40,000 bases of DNA from Planctomycetales bacterium (GTDB lineage: Bacteria; Planctomycetota; Planctomycetia; Isosphaerales; Isosphaeraceae), in assembly GCA_027451885.1 (NCBI GenBank), contig DAIDHX010000266.1, positions 19,452 through 59,451 of the forward strand. The letters run 5' to 3'. The translations under genes and the position numbers were made by a program. Shown here piece by piece: positions 34,854-40,000 of this stretch. The notes under the pieces were generated by a model. That model was not told the DNA's origin. It did not search any database and saw only the letters and a list, made by a program, of their open reading frames with translations. Position 1 is the stretch's first letter. Every line of letters begins with the position of its first letter.

Positions 34854-37085
34854 TCACTGCATCCCAGCCGGCTGGTGCGCGATCGGGTACTCCGGCTCGG
34901 CATCCACCAGTACCGACTCGCCCACCTCGAGACCCTTTTTGACTTCCACCTCACCGACGCTCATCCGGCCCAGCTCCACCGTCCGGATCTCTACCCCTCC
35001 ACCCCGCTTTCGCACCAAAACCCAGGGCTCATTGTTCCTGCCCTTGCCCCTGTAGACCGCCGTGAGCGGAACACTCAATGTATTTTCAGATTCTGCTGTA
35101 ATAATCTTTACACCGGTTGAGTCGCCCGCCTTCAGGGTGAGGCCCGCTGGAAGGCGCTCGAATGGAAGGCGCTCGAACTCGATCATGACAGTATAGAGCA
35201 TCTCATCCCCTACCAGGTTTAGCGGCGAGAGCGCCTTGACTCGCCCCTCGACATGAAGGCCTCCGCCAGTCTCGACCAGCGCCCGCATCCCGGGCAGGAC
35301 TTCCTTGATCACGGACCGACGCGCCTGAACTGCCAGTTTCACTGCGCCCGGCTTGTGAACTTGCAGAATCGGACGGCCGGGGGGAACAACCGCACCCAGC
35401 ATCGGGGGGATCCCCGGTGAGTAGACCACCACCCCCTCGGCTGTCGCCCGCACAAGCGCGTTCTCAACCGCGCGTTTGCGGCGATCGAGCTCGCTTTGAA
35501 GCTGATTGACGTTCTCGTCTGCCCGCCGTACCACCTCCTGGGCTGCCGCGGCCTTGAGAGTCAGCTCCGCGACCGCGCGTGGGGCTGCGAACCGAGCATG
35601 GGCGGATTTTTTGGCCTTCAACTGCCTGAGCTCGATCTGATCCTGCGCGAGTGCGCGCCGCGCATCGACCGCGCGATCATTGATGTCGAGCAGTGACGCG
35701 ATTTCAACAGCCGAATCGAGCGACCTGCCCTCAACCTTTTTCTGCGCAGCCTCGACACGCTTGAGCCTCCCCTCGTCATCCTGAATCGCGGTCTCGGCTG
35801 CGCGGATTCTTGCATCGAAATCCGCCTCTTCCACCGTCGCGTTCTCGCGGGCTTCCGCCACCGCCAGCTCGGCAGACTTGAGAGCCGCGATGACCTTTTG
35901 CCGGTCAGCTCTTGATTCGTTGAGATTGATCTCGGCCTTCGTGACCAGATCGCGCTGACCCGACGCGTCGAGCTCGAAGAGAAGATCCCCCGGTTTCACA
36001 AGCGAACCGTCGGGCGCCAGCTTGAGGAATCGAGATCCGGTGTCGAGAGAGGAACGCACCACCTGGAGCACGACCGGAACGAATACTCCCTGAACCTCAA
36101 CCCGCAACTGGAACGTGCGAGGAACCAGCGTCAGCCAGCCGGGCTCGTTTTCCACGGCGTCCGCGGGCTTCTGCTGGGCGGGTTTCTGCTGGGCGGGCGC
36201 GTTCGGCGCCGCAGGCCCGTCCGGGGTGCGGCGCTGGGCGACTGCCGAGAGGCTAGTCATGCCGAGCCCGAGCAAGGCCACGGCGGCAACCTTGGCCAAA
36301 GAATGTAAGCTCATGGACGTGAGAACTCCTTGTGCAAGTGTGGCGGCAGCGCCGCCGGTCAGCGACTTGATCGAGGATTGATCGACAACGACTTCCACAG
36401 TGGCAGCCAGCAAGTGGGCGGGCATGGCGGCCGAGCCCGCTCCTGGATCGCCCAGGAGCACAAGACCCAGCTCCTGGCCATATCCAAGCTTGAGCAAGCG
36501 CGCACGCAGCCGTTCCCGAGCCCGGGAGAGCCGGCTCTTGGCCGTACCCACAGGGACACCCAGGCGCCTGGCGGCGTCTTCCTGGCTCAAGCCCTCCAGA
36601 TCGCAAAGCACGATGATGGAGCGAAACCGGTCGGGCAAGCGCGCGATCTCCTGATGGATGAGCGCAAGTCCGTCGCGACTCGCTTCCGTGCGCGCTTCGG
36701 GCCGCTCGCGTGCCGCTGCCTGTTCGTGCTTCTGTCTCCGCGCGTGCTTTGAGCGCGCATGGAGAGCAGTTCTGCGCGCAACCTGGAATAGCCAGGGACC
36801 AAGCGTTTCCCGGGTCCAGAGCGAGCGGCTTTTCCGCAATAGAATCAGGAACGTCGCCTGGAACGCATCCTGCGCGTCGCTTGCGTCGTGAAGTACGCCG
36901 CGGCACACGCGCAGGACCATCGGTCCATGCCGCTCGACAAGCGCCGAGAACGCTTGCCGGGCGATCTCATTCGAGCCGCTCGCGAACCGCTCCAGGAGTT
37001 GACCATCGGAAAGTCCGCGCGTCACTCCCAGGCGATAAAGCGACTCCAGGTCGCGCAAAACCGAGCCCCGGCCCTGGCTCGACAT
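34854..37085 (-). CDS. Fusion protein, paralog of 32405..34741: ECF sigma factor + TM helix + HlyD-family adaptor module
   Basis: The architecture is the same, and the sigma part is roughly 60% identical by eye (SDGQLLERF, VERHGPMVLRVC, DAFQATFLILLRK, GPWLFQVARRTA, VLCDLEGLSQEDAARRLGVPVGTAKSRLSRARERL). The TM helix is SLHSLAKVAAVALLGLGMTSLSAV. The HlyD part includes KPGDLLFELD, a coiled coil, ATAEGVVVYSPG and VELGRMSVGEVEVKKGLEVGESV. Start set at ATG 37085 (MSSQGRG...), which aligns with the paralog N-terminus and has GGGGAGG 8 nt upstream. The ORF is open to 37190. Confidence 0.85.
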   Translation of the reverse strand: MSSQGRGSVLRDLESLYRLGVTRGLSDGQLLERFASGSNEIARQAFSALVERHGPMVLRVCRGVLHDASDAQDAFQATFLILLRKSRSLWTRETLGPWLFQVARRTALHARSKHARRQKHEQAAARERPEARTEASRDGLALIHQEIARLPDRFRSIIVLCDLEGLSQEDAARRLGVPVGTAKSRLSRARERLRARLLKLGYGQELGLVLLGDPGAGSAAMPAHLLAATVEVVVDQSSIKSLTGGAAATLAQGVLTSMSLHSLAKVAAVALLGLGMTSLSAVAQRRTPDGPAAPNAPAQQKPAQQKPADAVENEPGWLTLVPRTFQLRVEVQGVFVPVVLQVVRSSLDTGSRFLKLAPDGSLVKPGDLLFELDASGQRDLVTKAEINLNESRADRQKVIAALKSAELAVAEARENATVEEADFDARIRAAETAIQDDEGRLKRVEAAQKKVEGRSLDSAVEIASLLDINDRAVDARRALAQDQIELRQLKAKKSAHARFAAPRAVAELTLKAAAAQEVVRRADENVNQLQSELDRRKRAVENALVRATAEGVVVYSPGIPPMLGAVVPPGRPILQVHKPGAVKLAVQARRSVIKEVLPGMRALVETGGGLHVEGRVKALSPLNLVGDEMLYTVMIEFERLPFERLPAGLTLKAGDSTGVKIITAESENTLSVPLTAVYRGKGRNNEPWVLVRKRGGGVEIRTVELGRMSVGEVEVKKGLEVGESVLVDAEPEYPIAHQPAGMQ
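35148..35177 (-). repeat. Perfect 15-bp in-frame tandem duplication inside the second sigma-HlyD gene
   Basis: TGGAAGGCGCTCGAA occurs at 35148-35162 and again at 35163-35177. On the minus strand this encodes FERLP-FERLP. Confidence 0.9.
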
Positions 37086-37142
37086 GGCGTTTACCTCCCC
37101 TCCACTCTCGCGGAAATCTCCCAAACCACGATGCCTCTCCCT

Positions 37143-37179
37143 GGATAATGCCGCGCCAGGGGCCGCGAGTTCCATTTTT
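37143..37179 (-). promoter_or_regulatory. Candidate ECF-type promoter upstream of the second sigma-HlyD gene
   Basis: Minus-strand reading: AAAAATGGAAC-N12-GCGCGGCATTATCC. TGGAAC lies at 37174-37169 and the 14-mer at 37156-37143. Spacing and sequence match the 34783-34823 site. It sits 58 nt upstream of ATG 37085. Confidence 0.45.
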
Positions 37180-37211
37180 GACCGAACCATTGCCTGCTCG
37201 CACGCCAGGTG

Positions 37212-38387
37212 CTACCGCCTACTCGCGCGGGAGTCGACCGCCACCACATCGCCGTCCTTCAGGCCCGCCTTGATCTCGACCCGGTCCTGACTCGTGAGAC
37301 CAGGGATCACCGGGCCATCCTCGATCGATCCCTTTGAGACCCGTACCCGAACGCACACCGATCCCGTCGAACTGCCGGAGCGGATGAGTGCTGCCTTCGG
37401 CACCGTGAGCACGTCGTTCAACTGCGCTGCCACGATGGCGGCCTGCACTCTCATCCCCGGCCGGAGCGCGGCAGGACGGCCATCGACCTCGACGATCGCG
37501 GTATAGTCAGGGCTTGCCAGCCCAGATAAACCGGACCTGCGCACAGGCGCAAGCGGCTGGACCGTGCCCTGACCCGCGTGTTCTGCCACGCCTGCCTGCT
37601 GAAGAACGGCCTTCGTTCCGGGCACAACCCCCTCGAGGTCGGAATCGGCCACCGTGCAAGTCATCCGAAGCGGCCCGTTCGCAGGATCGATCATCGCGAA
37701 CACAAGCTGGCCCTCGGCCAGGCGCGAACCCACATGAATCCCCGGCGCGGAATCCGAGAGCGAATCCGCATAAACGACCATGCCGTCGCACGGAGCAACC
37801 AGATTGGCGCCATCGAGTTTTCGCTTGAGACAACGTTCTTTCATGTGTGCACGCTCCAAATCCGCCTTGCGCTTGAGCTCCTCCGCGCGCTTTCTCAAGA
37901 TCCGCCTTCAGAGCCTGGATTCTGGCCCGACTTGTATACTGCTCGAGAATCCGCTTCTTCCCTTTCAACTGCTCCAGCCTGACCCGCGATTCCTGGAGCT
38001 TCGTATTCAGGGAGTCGACGCGTTCCTCCACTGAAAATGTGGCAGCAATTTCCGTGGGTGTCTGCACGACACCGGCCTTGAGCGCGTTGCGGACGACAGT
38101 TAGGCCCTTGCCAGCCTCATCAAGCCGGTCCTCGTTGTATCTGGCCCACTCGGCGGCCTGCTTTTCCTCGTTCGCGATCGCGCTGCGTCGATGACGAGCG
38201 TTCCCGGTTCGTACTCAAGGAGGTCGATCTCGGTGATTTCTCGGTTGAGCTGGGCATTCCTCGAAGCCACGGATGCGGACTGGGCGTCGATCGTTGCATG
38301 CGAAGTGAGCACGGATTCCTGGTGAGGCAGCGAGTCCGGGTCGTGGAATTGTCTCGCGCTCCGATCCTGCGTGCCAGATTCCAGCAC
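37212..38387 (-). pseudogene. Degraded HlyD-family adaptor gene: 5'-truncated (no sigma, TM or first beta domain) and broken by at least two frameshifts
   Basis: Three consecutive minus-strand ORF pieces lie in different frames and together read like one adaptor. Piece 1, 38387-38100: ...SVASRNAQLNREITEIDLLEYEPG. Piece 2 is a frame open from ~38210 to 37507: NEEKQAAEWARYNEDRLDEAGKGL...TKLQESRVRLEQLKGKKRILEQYTSRARIQALKADLEKAR. Piece 3, 37898-37212: AEELKRKADLERAH...LVAPCDGMVVYADS...beta-barrel...VEIKAGLKDGDVV. The shifts map near 38180 and near 37890, the latter in a GCGCGCGG run. Confidence 0.6.
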
Positions 38388-38402
38388 GAGGATTCTCGGA
38401 CT

Positions 38403-39884
38403 CTAGAGTTCCCAGAGCCGGCGGCCCTTGAGGAACATGGTCAGGTAGCCGTCCTCGCTGACCTTGAGAACGGGGCCGTGGAGCGAAGCCGCCTGACCGG
38501 CGAGGGTGCGCGCTCCCTGGAACGCGCGGCCAAGCTCGAGCGCCTCGGGCGCGATGCGCAGAATCGCGCCGAAGGTGAGCAGCCTGCCGTTCTGATCCAC
38601 GACCACCGCGCCATCGAGGCTTGCAATGGATTCGAGCACCGCCGGCGCGATCTCGGACAACTTTCGCCCGCGGACAACATGGTGCAGCGCTCGCTTGGCG
38701 TGCCGGGGCGAGAGATTCTCCGGATCCTCGGGATCGTCGAACGCTTCCTCGGCGGCAATCTGGTCGACAGGCGCGATGAGCTCGGGAACCGACTCCTCCG
38801 GGTCGCGCAGAACCACGAAAAGCGCTCCCGTGCGCGCCTCGCCCAGATTGAGCGCAGCCTCAAAGAGAGTGTCAGCAAGACCAGGCCAGCCGGTGGTTCC
38901 AATCGCTTCCTTCCAGACAGCGAACTTGCTCGGGATATCGAGCAAGCGCCAGCGGGCGTCGCTATAGCTGAACATCATGGTTCCCCGCGCGAAGACCTTG
39001 ATCTCCTGCGCGGGGGTGAGCACGGCCACAACGTGCCCCCCGGCCCGCGTGGCCTTGGCGTGGCTGACATATACCCGGGGACAAGGATGTTCAAGAGGCT
39101 CAGTGCCTTGCACCTCGTTCGCCCAGCTCGCGATGTCAATCATGCGTATCAGGTCGCCCTGGCGATCAACCAGAAAGACCGTCCGCACGCCGTCGCAAAG
39201 CCGGTGGAATCCCTTGATCCCCGTGAGACGGGCGTTGAACATCGGCGCGCCTTTGCGATCACCCGGAATCAGACCCGGAATCTGATCCTCTGTTCCCAGC
39301 AAGAGCGCGCCCGTGGAGACCCGGCGGTTCTCATACGTCGAAAGTGCCGCAACACGAAGCGCCTCGATCGCCGCCGGCAGACGATACGAATCGACCGTGT
39401 CCAGATAGTCGGCGACGATCAGGTCTTCGTTGGGATAGTGAAACCGGTCAAAGCGATGGGCCAGTTCCTGGTTGAACAGGCCGCGAAAGCGAATGTCGAT
39501 CGCACGCACGACGACCTCGATCATCCTCCGCTCGGTTGCAAGCAAGGGAGAAGCCGTGCCCGGCAGGAACGAGAGACGCGAGCCCAGCCACTCGATCTCA
39601 ACCCCGACCCCGTCGGAGTATTCATGCAGCCGGTAGTAGGTCTCGTCCGAGGAGAGATCCCAATCGATGAAGCTCCGATCACCCAGGAATTCCAGGCGTG
39701 CGTCAGGAAAGAAGTGCTCAAGCGCGCGGCGGAGCACCATCTGGTAAACGCCAACCACACGCGAGATCGGCGGTGGCTGACGATCCGGTCGGGCAGGATC
39801 GCTGGCGGCATGAAAATGATCGGGTTCCTGGACGCTGGCGATAGGTTCCCGCATCGATCGCTTGCTCCCGATCTCCAGACCCAT
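38403..39884 (-). CDS. Hypothetical protein with two tandem DisA_N (diadenylate cyclase)-like domains, catalytic motifs degenerate
   Basis: The 493-aa ORF has clean coding character. The C-terminal ~150 aa follow the DAC-domain order as I recall it from CdaA/DisA. TGALFVVLRD corresponds to GALIVIER, LDGAVVVDQNGRLLTFGAIL to HDGAVII...AA, QGARTLAGQAAS to GTRHRAA, and LKVSEDGYLTMF to IVVSEETG.IS. The middle region repeats the pattern more weakly (STGALLLG; CDGVRTVFLVDRQGDLIRMIDI; SHAKATRAGGHVVAVLTPAQEIKVF). An alternative start is ATG 39854, with GGGAG 10 nt upstream. Confidence 0.5.
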   Translation of the reverse strand: MGLEIGSKRSMREPIASVQEPDHFHAASDPARPDRQPPPISRVVGVYQMVLRRALEHFFPDARLEFLGDRSFIDWDLSSDETYYRLHEYSDGVGVEIEWLGSRLSFLPGTASPLLATERRMIEVVVRAIDIRFRGLFNQELAHRFDRFHYPNEDLIVADYLDTVDSYRLPAAIEALRVAALSTYENRRVSTGALLLGTEDQIPGLIPGDRKGAPMFNARLTGIKGFHRLCDGVRTVFLVDRQGDLIRMIDIASWANEVQGTEPLEHPCPRVYVSHAKATRAGGHVVAVLTPAQEIKVFARGTMMFSYSDARWRLLDIPSKFAVWKEAIGTTGWPGLADTLFEAALNLGEARTGALFVVLRDPEESVPELIAPVDQIAAEEAFDDPEDPENLSPRHAKRALHHVVRGRKLSEIAPAVLESIASLDGAVVVDQNGRLLTFGAILRIAPEALELGRAFQGARTLAGQAASLHGPVLKVSEDGYLTMFLKGRRLWEL

Positions 39885-40000
39885 TCCCGGCTTCCGGGAA
39901 CCAGAACGATTGTAGCGAGCAGGTCAAAAACCGGGGACGTGAGTTCTTCGGAAACAAGCACAATCGCTCCCTCTCACCGACTCTTTGGGAGCACCTCGGC

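Noticed and set aside
37086-37190. 35-codon N-terminal extension of the second sigma-HlyD ORF (MVRSKMELAAPGAALS...)
   Set aside because: The extension would make the conserved promoter-like motif coding. It has no counterpart in the paralog, and ATG 37085 has a strong GGGGAGG RBS.
37212-38387. Programmed ribosomal frameshifting as the explanation for the three-frame HlyD fragments
   Set aside because: There is no slippery heptamer or downstream structure at either junction. Two shifts plus a missing 5' half are better explained by decay or by sequencing error.
38403-38405. The TAG stop of the DAC-like gene is in the same frame as the first HlyD-remnant fragment (39884 and 38387 differ by a multiple of 3), which could suggest stop-codon read-through or a nonsense-split fusion
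   Set aside because: There is a one-in-three chance of this frame coincidence. The DAC-like domain ends naturally at ...FLKGRRLWEL. The downstream fragment starts in the middle of an adaptor and is itself frameshifted twice. I see no read-through context. Treated as chance.
1-40000. Search for CRISPR arrays, rRNA/tRNA genes, transposases, integrases, reverse transcriptases, toxin-antitoxin pairs or known defence genes
   Set aside because: I saw no spaced direct repeats, no structured-RNA gene signatures and no ORF with the corresponding catalytic motifs. The only repeats found are the two 15-bp in-frame duplications and the promoter-like motif pair reported above. This was an eye scan and does not replace a computational repeat or covariance-model search.

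Overview
By eye this 40 kb segment is about two-thirds G+C (not computed), and it is almost entirely coding. Its gene content points to a Planctomycetota chromosome: two DUF1559 prepilin-like proteins, a PSCyt/DUF1549/DUF1553 (PSD1) + DUF1501 pair, and a PVC-type CxxCH heme protein.

Gene order, left to right:
- (a) 1-3.9 kb, minus strand: an rhaA plus sugar-ABC-transporter operon.
- (b) 4.3-5.8 kb: a DUF1559 protein plus a small lipoprotein.
- (c) 6.0-9.3 kb: a giant dehydrogenase-like / HEAT / cytochrome c protein.
- (d) 9.6-16.8 kb: a nine-gene archaeal-type C1-cofactor island. It holds mch plus H4MPT and methanofuran-type biosynthesis genes, four of them translationally coupled or abutting (three ATGA overlaps, one 0-bp junction). 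One gene is inverted inside the co-directional block.
- (e) 16.8-21.4 kb: DUF1501 + PSD1.
- (f) 21.6-23.7 kb: a membrane protein plus DUF1559 operon.
- (g) 24.1-29.0 kb: a GH140-like hydrolase, a TPR protein and a GH29 fucosidase.
- (h) 29.3-32.4 kb: korAB, a two-subunit 2-oxoacid:ferredoxin oxidoreductase.
- (i) 32.4-39.9 kb: the most unusual region.

Region (i) contains two tandem paralogous genes. Each encodes a complete ECF sigma factor fused through a single TM helix to a full HlyD/membrane-fusion-protein module. Both are preceded by the same TGGAAC-N12-GCGCGGCATTATCC promoter-like motif. Next to them lie a 5'-truncated, frameshifted third HlyD copy and a 493-aa protein that looks like two tandem degenerate DisA_N (diadenylate-cyclase-like) domains. 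No anti-sigma gene and no pump or outer-membrane partner gene is present in the window.

I found no rRNA or tRNA genes, CRISPR arrays, transposases or integrases. All family assignments come from motif recognition and recalled family sequences; nothing was searched or computed.
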